Source: Streptomyces sp. NPDC059785
GTDB lineage: Bacteria > Actinomycetota > Actinomycetes > Streptomycetales > Streptomycetaceae
Assembly (NCBI RefSeq): GCF_042732375.1
Contig: NZ_JBHWHV010000010.1
Location: 170,403 to 194,402 of the forward strand
DNA length: 24,000 nt
Direction of reading: 5' to 3'
In this document: in pieces, positions 1-8,289 of the stretch
How positions within the stretch are numbered: the stretch's first letter is position 1
Layout: each line of letters begins with the position of its first letter
Notes under the pieces: generated by a model
Databases searched by the model: none
Told to the model about the DNA's origin: nothing
The model's input: only the letters and a program-made list of their open reading frames with translations
Made by a program: the position numbers and the translations under genes

Positions 1-463
1 TGTCGAAGGACAGGACGAGCGGGAGTTTCTCCAGCCCGTCGGTGGACTCGCACGCGAGCGCCACGGCGGCGTAGCCGCCGGGATCCGCGCTGGAACAGTC
101 GTGCAGGTCCCCCGTCGTGACCTTCTTCGCCAGTGCCTGTTCGGCGCCGGTCAGCCGGGTCCCGGGCTCGTCCCCCGGATCCGTGGCGGCATCGGTCCCG
201 CCGTCGCTCCCGTCGCTGCCACTGCTCTCATCGCCCCCGTCGCTTCCGCCGTCCCCGGATCCGTCGCCGTCGGTGCCCGAGCCGGGGACCACCACGATCG
301 GATTCGTGCTCGGGCCGTTGTCGTCGGACCGCGAGACGATGAACGGGACGACCCCGGTGATCACCGCACTGATCAGACCGATGATCGAACCCCAGAAGGC
401 CACGCGGTGCCCTCTGCCGCCGCCCCCGCCGGAGCCCGGACCGGGCTCGGGATCGTTCTCCAT
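1..463 (-). CDS. membrane-anchored protein, N-terminal part (gene runs off the left edge)
   Basis: Absent from the ORF track because no stop lies inside the window. A reverse-strand ATG sits at 463..461, 5 nt after GAGGAAGGGGGA (rc of 469-480). My translation is MENDPEPGPGSGGGGGRGHRVAFWGSIIGLISAVITGVVPFIVSRSDDNGPSTNPIVVVPGSGTDGDGSGDGGSDGGDESSGSDGSDGGTDAATDPGDEPGTRLTGAEQALAKKVTTGDLHDCSSADPGGYAAVALACESTDGLEKLPLVLSFD. It shows one TM helix, an acidic Gly/Ser/Asp linker and then a Cys-containing ectodomain. Third codon positions are almost all G/C. Confidence 0.6.
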   Translation of the reverse strand, partial: MENDPEPGPGSGGGGGRGHRVAFWGSIIGLISAVITGVVPFIVSRSDDNGPSTNPIVVVPGSGTDGDGSGDGGSDGGDESSGSDGSDGGTDAATDPGDEPGTRLTGAEQALAKKVTTGDLHDCSSADPGGYAAVALACESTDGLEKLPLVLSFD

Positions 464-676
464 CGAGGTCCCCCTTCCTCGGTGCCCGCGGAACGGGCCG
501 GAGGAACCGGGATAGCACACGCAGCGTGATCGTTGCAGATCGATATGGGCGGTTGCGCCGGTTGCGCGGCGTGGGGTGACTGAGCTGACAGTAACCGTGA
601 CGGTGTGGGCCGATGGTGACGGCGGCCGCGCGGACCGGGCGGGGACGGCGCGGACCGGCGGTGGCGGTCTGGCGGG

Positions 677-3418
677 TCAGGGGCGGTCGTCGGCCAGTTC
701 CGCCACGCCTGTGACGCGGTGCAGGGGGTAGGTGCGGACCTCGTCGGCCGTGTGGTCGTACGCCGTGACGAAACCGCCCTCGACGCGGATCGGGGCGATC
801 ACGCGCTGGCTGGCGGCGCCCTCCGCGTTGACGTAGCCGATCCACAGGGCCTCGCCGGTGAGGACGGCGGCCTGCATGGTCGCCAGGGTGTCGGCGGAAC
901 TGGTGCGGGGCAGTGCGCCGTTCCCGGCCGGCGCCGCGTCCGCCTCGGGCGCGGGCTTGCGCGCCGCCGTGGACGCCAGGTCACCGGCCCGGACCGCCCG
1001 GATCGCGGCGCCGAGGAGTGTGGCGTCCGGCACCGGCGGGCCCTCGGGCACCGGCTCCGGCGCGCTGCGCGGCGGGGTGCGGTGGGCCAGCGCCCGGCTG
1101 ATCAGTACGTCGCCCTCCGCGGACTCGGCGGCGGGCGCGAAGCCCATCGCGCGCAGCCCTTCGAGCAGCGTCGCCGGGTCCGCCTGGGCGGCCAGCACGG
1201 TCGGGGCGAGTCTGCGCAGCCGCAGACCGGCCGAGCGCCGGTCGGCCAGGATCTCGTTGAGCAGCGCGTCGTCGTCGCAGCGCACGTACGCGGAGGCCGC
1301 GCCGATCCGCAGGTGCCCGTGGCGCCGCGCCACGTCGTCGATCAGATACGTCAGCGGCTGCGGGACCGGCGTGCGCGAGTGCGCGGCGAGGAAGGCGTGC
1401 AGGTCGGCCGCCGCCCGGCCCGCGTCGAGCGCCCGCCGCACCGACCCGGGCGTGAACCGGTACACCGTCGCGCCGCCCTTCGACTCCACGTCCGCGAGCA
1501 CGCCGAGCATGTCGGCCAGCGGCCGCCGCAGCGGCCCCGGCGCGACCGCCGTCAGGTCGGCCTGGAGCAGGACGTGGTCCAGCGGCTCGGGCAGCAGCGG
1601 GGCGAGGAGACCGGCGGCCCGGGCGGCGTTCGCGGCCAGTTCGGCGGGGGTGCCGGGGGCCGGGAAGGCGGGTGCCGCCGCGGGGACCGCTCCGGGTGCC
1701 GGCTCCGGGGGGCGGCTGCGGTGGGTGGGCGGCTCGTCGCCGGGGCCACGGCCGGTGGGCAGGCCGTGGCCGGGGGGACGGCCGTCGGGGCGCTCGCCGC
1801 CGGTGTGCTCATGGCCGGTGCCGGCGGGCTCGGGCCCCGGTACTGGTGACGGTGGCAGGCCGAGCAGGGCGCGGCCGTGGGTCGACAGTGCTCCGCGGCC
1901 GGTCACCCCCAGCAGCTCCGCCTCGGACAGCGTCCACCGGGCGAGCCGGGCGCGCAGGTCCTCCGGCTCGGGCGCGGTGCCCGCGGCGGGGGCGCGCGGC
2001 GGCTGGGCGGTGCCGCGCAGCGCCCGCTCCCAGCGCAGCCGGGCCAGTACGGAGTCGGGCCGCGCGGCGGCGCCCTCGGGGAGCGCGCCGAGCAGCGCGA
2101 GCACCCGGTGGCGCACCTCGGGCGCGGCCGACCGGTCCAGGCCGGGGCCCAGCGCCGAGAGCGTACGGTCCCGGGCGTCCCGGCCGCCGATCAGGCCCGC
2201 CGTGCGCGTCGCGGCCAGCCAGGCGACGGCCAGCCGCGACCAGCGCTCGGCGGCCGGCAGCTCCAGCCACTCGTCGTACGCGGGCGTCGCGGCGTACCGC
2301 TCGTCGGCCTCGCCGTCGGACGCCAGCAGGCCCGCCGCGTAGGCGAGTTCGACCCAGAAGGCGGCCACCTGCTCGGTCACGTCCAGGGCGACCGAGGTCC
2401 GCTTCAGGTCGCGCACGCTCAGCCCGCCCGCGCGCAGCACCGCGGGGCCGCCCTCGTCCCAGTCCTTGAGCAGTTCCTCCACGGTCGCGAGCGCCGTGTA
2501 CGCCTGGCCCGCCGCCGTCGCGTCCACCACCGTCGGGCGGTGCGCTGCGGCGGCCTCGACGGCGGGCGGCAGCGGCTCCGTCCCGCGGTGCGCGCGGCCC
2601 GCCCGCAGGTGCAGGGCGACCTCCCGGGGCAGTACGACGGTGCCGGGCGCGGTCGGCAGCAGCAGCCCGCGGTCGAGCAGCCAGCGCAGCCGGGGCGCCG
2701 GATCGGCGGTCACCTGGCCGTAGGGCGGGCCCCAGACCAGGCGGGACAGGACCTCCACGGAGTCGGCCGGGGCCTCGTCGAGCAGCGCGGACATCCGCTC
2801 CCGGTCGGTGAACAGTTCCGTCAGCGCCGCCACCGCCGACACCGCGTCGTGCGTCGACGGCAGCCCGGCCGTCGTCACGATCTCCTGGATCCGGCCGGGC
2901 GACATGCCCGGCGTGGCCTCCGCGACCGTCGGGCCGAGGCCGGTCGGGGACGGGTGCTGCGGGGACGGCGTGAGCAGTTCGCGGGCGGTGCGCACCAGCC
3001 GGACGCGGTCGTCGGGGCCCCAGACGAGGGCCTGTTCGCGCAGCGTGCCGAGGGCCCGGGGCAGCGCCCGCGCGACCACCTCGCCGCCCTCGTCGCCGTG
3101 GTCGTCGCCCGCCATCAGACCGAGGAGCTCGTCGTACGTCGCCGGGTCCCGCGCCACCGCCAGGGCCTCCGCCGTCTGGAGCGCGAAACGGTCGAGGCGT
3201 TCCAGGGCGCGCACCACGGAGGCCCGGGTACCGGCCCGGGTGGCGAGCTGCGTCAGATCCGTGGGGACGGGGGTGACGAGATCGGGGCGGGCCCGCAGCA
3301 GCGCGGCGAGGGAGGCGTCGTCCCGCGCGCGGAGGCTTTCCGCCAGGGAGCGCGGGGTCGTCCCGGCCCCGGCGTGCTCCTGTTCCGGCTGCGCCGGGTG
3401 CTGCTCCTCGGTGCTCAT
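677..3418 (-). CDS. helicase-associated domain protein (type encoded near XPB/ERCC3 in actinobacteria, Rv0862c-like), 913 aa, with a WYL-like C-terminal barrel
   Basis: This is the C-terminal 913 codons of the 1324-aa track ORF 677..4651. The internal ATG at 3418 (MSTEEQHPAQ...) is where GC3-rich coding starts; the upstream extension overlaps the opposite-strand gene 3593-4697. The N-terminus (LAALLRARPDLVTPVPTDLTQLATRAGTRASVVRALERLDRFALQ) and the C-terminal block (TPVPQPLTYLIDDVARRHGHLRIGAASAYVRCDD...LRAMGFAP) match my memory of XPB-associated helicase-accessory proteins. The tail ALWIGYVNAEGAASQRVIAPIRVEGGFVTAYDHTADEVRTYPLHRVTGV looks WYL-like. A Pro-rich disordered linker lies in the middle. 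Confidence 0.8.
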   Translation of the reverse strand: MSTEEQHPAQPEQEHAGAGTTPRSLAESLRARDDASLAALLRARPDLVTPVPTDLTQLATRAGTRASVVRALERLDRFALQTAEALAVARDPATYDELLGLMAGDDHGDEGGEVVARALPRALGTLREQALVWGPDDRVRLVRTARELLTPSPQHPSPTGLGPTVAEATPGMSPGRIQEIVTTAGLPSTHDAVSAVAALTELFTDRERMSALLDEAPADSVEVLSRLVWGPPYGQVTADPAPRLRWLLDRGLLLPTAPGTVVLPREVALHLRAGRAHRGTEPLPPAVEAAAAHRPTVVDATAAGQAYTALATVEELLKDWDEGGPAVLRAGGLSVRDLKRTSVALDVTEQVAAFWVELAYAAGLLASDGEADERYAATPAYDEWLELPAAERWSRLAVAWLAATRTAGLIGGRDARDRTLSALGPGLDRSAAPEVRHRVLALLGALPEGAAARPDSVLARLRWERALRGTAQPPRAPAAGTAPEPEDLRARLARWTLSEAELLGVTGRGALSTHGRALLGLPPSPVPGPEPAGTGHEHTGGERPDGRPPGHGLPTGRGPGDEPPTHRSRPPEPAPGAVPAAAPAFPAPGTPAELAANAARAAGLLAPLLPEPLDHVLLQADLTAVAPGPLRRPLADMLGVLADVESKGGATVYRFTPGSVRRALDAGRAAADLHAFLAAHSRTPVPQPLTYLIDDVARRHGHLRIGAASAYVRCDDDALLNEILADRRSAGLRLRRLAPTVLAAQADPATLLEGLRAMGFAPAAESAEGDVLISRALAHRTPPRSAPEPVPEGPPVPDATLLGAAIRAVRAGDLASTAARKPAPEADAAPAGNGALPRTSSADTLATMQAAVLTGEALWIGYVNAEGAASQRVIAPIRVEGGFVTAYDHTADEVRTYPLHRVTGVAELADDRP

Positions 3419-3592
3419 CCGGCCAACGGTAGCGGGTGGGCCTGTCCACCGGGTGTCGCGCGGACCGCTGTGACCTCTGCCGCACTGGCCGCCGTCACAG
3501 CGGGCGGCGGGCCCGGCGCTACGTGTGCCGGATGTCCACGTTGTACGGTCGTGCCACGGGGTACACAACGCGCCCGCCCCGGAGGGGACTTC

Positions 3593-4697
3593 GTGGGGAT
3601 CGAGAGCGACCAGCTCGTACTGGATTATCTGAGCCGGGTCGGCGACCTGGCCCAGCAGCGGCTGCTGCCGTCGTCGGACCGGATGCGGCTCGTGTCGGAG
3701 CTGCGGAGCGAGATCGACCGGCGCCGGGCGAAGGCCCCCGTCGACAGCCCCGCCTCCGTACGCCGCATCCTGTCCCGGCTCGGCACCCCGGAGGAGGTCG
3801 TCACGGCGGCGGGGACGGGCGGCGCGGGCGGCAGCGGCGGGGCGAGCGGCGCGAGTGGTACGGGCCCGGCCGGCGACATCGCCGAGCCGCGCACGGCCCT
3901 TCCCTCCCAGCGTGACAGTGACCGCGACTTCGACCGGGGACGGTCCGGCGGCCGTACCGGCGAGAACCGCCCCCGGGGTCTGCGCCGGGTGGTGCCGCGC
4001 CCGCGCTCCGCGGAGCCGGAACCGGTCCGGCCGCCCTCCGACGCCCCGTCCCCGCCGCACCTGGCCGGCACCCACGAACTGGGCGACAGCGCCACGCAGC
4101 CCGACTGGTGGCGGGTGGACCACAGCGTGTTCGGACCGGGGGAGAGCGTGCCGGGGTTCGTCGGCGGCGTGGAGATCCCCGAACTGCTCAAGCCGCCGCC
4201 ACGGGACCCGGAAGCCAAGGCCCCGGCGAGCGCCCAGGGATCGCAGGACGGGGCGAAGGACGCCAAGGACGAAGGTGGTGCCGGACGGGCGGAGGGCGGC
4301 GGCCCGGCCGTGGAGACGGCTCCCGCGCGCGGCGCGCGCCGTCTGCTGCCCCGGCCCGGCCAGTGGAGCAACCCCCTGCTCCTGCTCGCCGCCGCCCTGC
4401 TGGTGGCGGGCGCGATCCTGGGGAGCTGGCTCGCGCTGGGCCTCGGCTGGCTCATCGCGTACGGTTCGCGCCGGCTGACGCCCGCCGAGTCGAAGTGGGC
4501 GGTGGTGATGCTGCCGAGCCTGGCCGCCACCGCCGGGATCATCTGGCTCTGGGGCCGCAGGGAGGGCCGCTGGGGCGCCCCCCATCGCCGAGGGCCACAT
4601 GACCGACGCGCTCACGGAGACCTGGCCCTGGGTCGTCCGCGGCGCCGCCACAGCCTCGGCCCTCTACCTGGCCTGGCGCTCCCAGCGCCCCCGCTGA
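3593..4697 (+). CDS. Pro/Gly-rich membrane protein; reading frame broken by an apparent 1-nt insertion in a C6 run (4578-4583)
   Basis: GTG at 3593 sits 5 nt after GGAGGGG (3581-3587). The product begins VGIESDQLVLDYLSRVGDLAQQRLLPSSDRMRLVSELRSEIDRRRA, continues through a long disordered Pro-rich region, then has TM helices (NPLLLLAAALLVAGAILGSWLALGLGWLIAYG; WAVVMLPSLAATAGIIWLW). After 4583 the track frame (to 4753) falls to about 68% GC3. The +1 frame reads PIAEGHMTDALTETWPWVVRGAATASALYLAWRSQRPR* (stop 4695-4697), with 37 of 38 codons ending in G/C and one more TM helix. Confidence 0.65.
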
Positions 4698-4756
4698 CCG
4701 CACGAAGGCAACGGCAGGAGCGCCACCGCCTCGCGGCCGGCGCACCGGTATGAGCG

Positions 4757-4798
4757 CTGCTGCCTGCTGCCTGCTGCCTGCTGCCTGCTGCCCGCTGC
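4757..4798. repeat. heptanucleotide tandem repeat (CTGCTGC) x5 perfect plus 1 degenerate copy, intergenic
   Basis: Read directly: 4757-4791 is CTGCTGC five times, and 4792-4798 is CCGCTGC. It lies between the gene ending at 4697 and the HAD gene starting at 4947. Confidence 0.9.
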
Positions 4799-4896
4799 CC
4801 GCGCCGCGGACCGGCCCAGGCGCGGCCGGCGGGCAGTGGGCGCGCCGACCGGTGACGCCTCCGTCGGCAGAGCGGCACGCAAGCGCTGACCCGCGG

Positions 4897-4916
4897 CTGC
4901 CGGGCCGGCCCGGCAG
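4897..4916. promoter_or_regulatory. perfect 20-bp GC-rich palindrome CTGCCGGGCCGGCCCGGCAG (hairpin or operator) 30 nt upstream of the HAD start
   Basis: Read directly: CTGCCGGG (4897-4904), CCGG, CCCGGCAG (4909-4916). It could be a U-tail-less terminator for the upstream gene or a protein-binding site. Confidence 0.3.
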
Positions 4917-4946
4917 GGCCGTCGTAGCCGTGGGCAGAATGGTCGT

Positions 4947-5564
4947 ATGACTTCGCGCGCACCGGTCGTCGGGTTCGATCTCGACATGACCCTGATCGAC
5001 TCCCGGCCCGGCATCCACGCCTGCTACCAGGCACTTGCCGCGCGCACGGGGACGTACATCGACTGCGACCTGGTCGTCACCCGGCTCGGGCCGCCGCTCG
5101 AGGAGGAGCTCGCCAACTGGTTCCCGGCGGAGCGGGTGGCCCCGATGGCCGACCTCTACCGCGAGATGTACCCCACGCACGCCATCACGGGCACCCTCGC
5201 GATGCCGGGCGCCCGGGAGGCCGTCGCGGCGGTGCGGGAGCTGGGCGGCCGGGCCGTCGTCGTCACCGCCAAGTACGAGCCAAACGCCAAGCTGCACCTG
5301 GAGCACCTGCGCATCGACGCCGACGCCGTCGTCGGGAACCTGTGGGCCGAGCAGAAGGCGGAGGCGCTGCGCGAACACGGCGCGAGCGTGTACGTGGGCG
5401 ACCACGTCGGCGATGTGCGCGGCGCCCGCACCGCGCACGCGTACTCCGTCGCCGTCACCACCGGCCCCTGCTCCGCCGCCGAACTGCGGGACGCGGGCGC
5501 GGACGTCGTCCTGTCCGGCCTGACCGAATTCCCGGCCTGGCTGCGGGACCACACGTCGGCCTGA
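4947..5564 (+). CDS. HAD-superfamily hydrolase (phosphoglycolate phosphatase-like)
   Basis: Track ORF of 205 aa. HAD motif I is FDLDMTLIDS (DxDxT), motif II is VVVTAK, and motif IV is VYVGDHVGDV. GC3 is high. Confidence 0.9.
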   Translation: MTSRAPVVGFDLDMTLIDSRPGIHACYQALAARTGTYIDCDLVVTRLGPPLEEELANWFPAERVAPMADLYREMYPTHAITGTLAMPGAREAVAAVRELGGRAVVVTAKYEPNAKLHLEHLRIDADAVVGNLWAEQKAEALREHGASVYVGDHVGDVRGARTAHAYSVAVTTGPCSAAELRDAGADVVLSGLTEFPAWLRDHTSA

Positions 5565-5748
5565 GGAAGGGAACGGCGGGGCGGTCCGCGGAACGAACGG
5601 CAGGGCGGCCTGTGGATCCGGGCCGTCCGACCCGCGCATTCCGGCCACTCGGGCACGGCGGCCCGCCGGGCGGCAGACCGGTCGCCCGCCCGGCCGTGCG
5701 GTCCGTCCGTACCGTCCGCGCGGCCCGTGCGCCCCGCGGAACTCCCCG

Positions 5749-6000
5749 CTACGAGCCGGAGGCGCGGGCGCGGCGGCGGCCCGCCGCGAGCGACTGGAAC
5801 ACCCCCGCTCCGGCCATCAGGAACCCGACGCCCATCAGCATGCTCAGACCGAACATGAACGTCGGAAAAGGCTCCGTTCCGAGCAGTAGCGGGGCCACGG
5901 TGACCAGAGTGGCCACGGCTCCGACGAAGAACACAATCGCACCGGCACGGATCAGCCAGTCACCGGCTTCGGCGGAATTCGGTTGGGTTTTGTCACGCAC
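5749..6000 (-). CDS. small two-TM membrane protein (83 aa), function unknown
   Basis: Track ORF with a GTG start at 6000. It has two hydrophobic helices (WLIRAGAIVFFVGAVATLVTVAPLLL; FMFGLSMLMGVGFLMAGAGVF) and a basic tail. GC3 is only moderate and there is no clear RBS. Confidence 0.5.
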   Translation of the reverse strand: MRDKTQPNSAEAGDWLIRAGAIVFFVGAVATLVTVAPLLLGTEPFPTFMFGLSMLMGVGFLMAGAGVFQSLAAGRRRARASGS

Positions 6001-6191
6001 CCGACCAGGGTAGTTCCCAGCGCGAAGGAACAGTCCGGGGACGTCTTGTCACCGGCCCCCGGACCATTAGCCTTGGTACCGGCGGGTCCGACGACCCGCT
6101 GTAGTGCTATCAAGAGCGGTTTCCCGGCCGTTGCGCTTGCGCCAGCAGTTCTTCCGAGCAGTTTCCGACGAGTACGAGGACGAGGACAGAC

Positions 6192-6575
6192 GTGCCTACC
6201 GGCAAGGTCAAGTGGTTCAACAGCGAGAAGGGCTTCGGCTTTCTCTCCCGCGACGACGGCGGCGACGTCTTCGTCCACTCCTCGGTCCTGCCCGCCGGAG
6301 TCGATGCTCTCAAGCCCGGCCAGCGCGTGGAGTTCGGCGTCGTCGCCGGCCAGCGCGGCGACCAGGCGCTCTCGGTGACCCTGCTGGATCCCACGCCGTC
6401 GGTCGCCGCCGCCCAGCGCCGCAAGCCCGACGAACTGGCCTCCATCGTGCAGGACCTGACGACCCTCCTCGAGAACATCACGCCGATGCTGGAGAAGGGC
6501 CGCTACCCCGACAAGGCCTCCGGCAAGAAGATCGCGGGCCTGCTGCGCGCGGTCGCCGACCAGTTGGACGTCTAG
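6192..6575 (+). CDS. cold-shock domain protein, long form (CspA-family CSD plus a C-terminal extension of about 60 aa; resembles mycobacterial CspB-type)
   Basis: GTG at 6192 sits 5 nt after GAGGA (6182-6186). The sequence MPTGKVKWFNSEKGFGFLSRDDGGDVFVHSSV carries the RNP1 (KGFGF) and RNP2 (VFVH) motifs. Confidence 0.9.
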   Translation: MPTGKVKWFNSEKGFGFLSRDDGGDVFVHSSVLPAGVDALKPGQRVEFGVVAGQRGDQALSVTLLDPTPSVAAAQRRKPDELASIVQDLTTLLENITPMLEKGRYPDKASGKKIAGLLRAVADQLDV

Positions 6576-6618
6576 CCGAACCAGAACGCGCCGCACCGGT
6601 ACGCGTACGGCCCTCCCC

Positions 6619-7545
6619 TCAGGGGAAGTCCAGCGCGTCGGGGCCGAGGGGCGGTACGAGTCCCTCGGCCGCCGCCCGCGTGAGCAGCCCGCGGACGGCG
6701 GCGTACCCGTCCTCGCCGAGGTCGGCGGTGAACTCGTTGACGTAAAGGCCGATGTGCTGGTCCGCGACGGACGGGTCCATCTCCTGGGCGTGTTCCAGGA
6801 CGTAGGGGCGGGAGACCTCGGGGTCGTCCCAGGCGGCGCGGACGGAGGCGCGGGCCGAGTCGGCGAGCAGCCGCAGCCGTTCCTCGCCCAGCGACCGCTT
6901 GGCGATGATCGCGCCGAGCGGGATGGGCAGCCCGGTGGTCCGCTCCCAGTGCTCGCCCATGTCGGCGAGGTTGTGCAGCCCGTAGTCCTGGTACGTGAAC
7001 CGGGCCTCGTGGATGACCAGGCCCGCGTCGACCTTCCCGTCCCGTACGGCGGGCATGATCTCGTGGAACGGCATCACGACGATCTCGCCGACCCCGCCGG
7101 GCACCGTGTCCGCCGCCCACAGCCGGAAGAGCAGGTAGGCCGTCGACTTCTCGCTCGGCACGGCGACCGTGCGACCGGTCAAGTCCGCGTCCGGCTCCCG
7201 CGTCAGCACCAGCGGGCCGCAGCCCCGCCCCAGCGCACCGCCGCACGGCAGCAGCGCGTACTCGCCGAGCACGTAGGGCAGCACGGCGTACGACACCTTC
7301 AGCACGTCGAACTCGCCGCGCTCGGCCATGCCGTTGGTGATGTCGATGTCGGCGAAGGTCACGTCGAGCGCGGGGGCGCCCGGCACCCGGCCGTGCGCCC
7401 AGGCGTCGAAGACGAAGGTGTCGTTCGGGCAGGGGGAGTAGGCGATCCGCAGCGGCGCGGAGTCGACGGCCCCGGCGGGCTCGACGCGCTCGGTGACGGG
7501 GGCGGTGGGATCGGTGGGCTCGATGGGGTCAGTCGGTGTGGTCAT
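6619..7545 (-). CDS. mqnD: 1,4-dihydroxy-6-naphthoate synthase (futalosine pathway MqnD)
   Basis: Track ORF of 308 aa. It has the MqnA/MqnD-family signature RIAYSPCPNDTFVFDAW and sits next to mqnB, as for SCO4326/SCO4327 (from memory). Its start overlaps the mqnB stop by 17 nt. Confidence 0.85.
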   Translation of the reverse strand: MTTPTDPIEPTDPTAPVTERVEPAGAVDSAPLRIAYSPCPNDTFVFDAWAHGRVPGAPALDVTFADIDITNGMAERGEFDVLKVSYAVLPYVLGEYALLPCGGALGRGCGPLVLTREPDADLTGRTVAVPSEKSTAYLLFRLWAADTVPGGVGEIVVMPFHEIMPAVRDGKVDAGLVIHEARFTYQDYGLHNLADMGEHWERTTGLPIPLGAIIAKRSLGEERLRLLADSARASVRAAWDDPEVSRPYVLEHAQEMDPSVADQHIGLYVNEFTADLGEDGYAAVRGLLTRAAAEGLVPPLGPDALDFP

Positions 7546-8266
7546 GTGGGTTCCAACTCTCCAGTACGGGCGCGAGCTTCCCGAAGGCGCCGGTCAGGGC
7601 CGCGAGGGCGGCACCGATCCGCCAGGCGGCCCGGTCGCGCGGGCCGACGGGATTGGAGACCGCGCGTATCTCCAGTACGGGCACGCCGTGCAGGGCGGCC
7701 GCCTCGGCGACGCCGAACCCCTCCATCGCCTCGGCGAGGGCACGGGGGTGGCGTGCGCGCAGTGCGGCGGCGCGGGCGGCGGTCCCGGTCACGGTCGAGA
7801 CGGTCAGCACGGTCCCGGTACGCGCTCCGGTGACCGCGGCGACGTCTCGTATGAGTGTTTCCGGCGGACGGTGGGTGACGGTGCCGAAGCCGAGGCCGGT
7901 GACCGGGACGAAACCGTCGGCGGTCTCGGCGCCCAGGTCCGCCGCGGTGATCTCGTCGGCGACGACGAGCGAGCCGACGGGGGCGCCGGGCGAGGCGGCC
8001 GCAGCGGTCGAGGCGCCGGATACGTCGGGCGTGAAGCCGCCGGCGATGCCTGCCGAGAGCACGAGCGCGTACGGCTCACCGGCCAGCGCGGCCGCGGTGA
8101 GCGCGGTGGCGGTGGCGGCGCCGGCCGGCGCGGGGCCCACCCCGGCGGCGAGCAGATCGTGGCGTCCGGTCCGGTGGAGCCTCACGCCGGGCAGGCTCAC
8201 CTCGACGGCCGGGTCCGCGAACGCCTGGGCCACCGCGTCCCGTTCGACGGGTACCGCGGTGGCCAC
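7529..8266 (-). CDS. mqnB: futalosine hydrolase (MqnB; PNP/MTA-nucleosidase fold)
   Basis: Nucleosidase-family motifs are present: LVLSAGIAGGF, EAMEGFGVAEAA and LEIRAVSNPVGPRD. The track ORF extends to 8566, but its upstream part overlaps the lipoprotein gene in a low-GC3 frame. The first plausible start is GTG 8266 (MATAVPVERDAV). GTG 8320 or a non-canonical start near 8293 cannot be excluded. Confidence 0.8.
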   Translation of the reverse strand: MATAVPVERDAVAQAFADPAVEVSLPGVRLHRTGRHDLLAAGVGPAPAGAATATALTAAALAGEPYALVLSAGIAGGFTPDVSGASTAAAASPGAPVGSLVVADEITAADLGAETADGFVPVTGLGFGTVTHRPPETLIRDVAAVTGARTGTVLTVSTVTGTAARAAALRARHPRALAEAMEGFGVAEAAALHGVPVLEIRAVSNPVGPRDRAAWRIGAALAALTGAFGKLAPVLESWNPHDHTD

Positions 8267-8289
8267 GAGGACACGAGGCGCAGACGTGG

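Noticed and set aside
719-3485. Plus- and minus-strand ORFs 719..1849, 858..2342, 1672..2469 and 1809..3485 overlapping the helicase-associated gene
   Set aside because: They are off-frame or antisense artefacts of high GC content with Arg/Pro/Gly/Ser-rich products. Only the 677..3418 frame has family-like sequence.
3419-4651. N-terminal 411 codons of the 1324-aa minus-strand track ORF (677..4651)
   Set aside because: It is an Arg/Gly/Pro/Ala-rich translation with no domain-like sequence. It is antisense to the better-supported plus-strand gene at 3593-4697. The recognisable protein and GC3-rich coding begin at ATG 3418.
4750-4950. 66-aa Cys-rich small ORF (MSAAACCLLPAACCPLPAP...) whose stop overlaps the HAD start as ATGA
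   Set aside because: Its Cys/Leu/Pro N-terminus is simply the heptamer repeat read in shifting frames. About 20% of codons end in A/T and there is no RBS. The ATGA overlap is noted under the microsatellite finding, but the ORF is not called.
6600-6609. 10-bp palindrome GTACGCGTAC between the convergent csp and mqnD genes as a terminator
   Set aside because: A 4-bp stem with a 2-nt loop cannot form a stable RNA hairpin. It is probably a chance palindrome.
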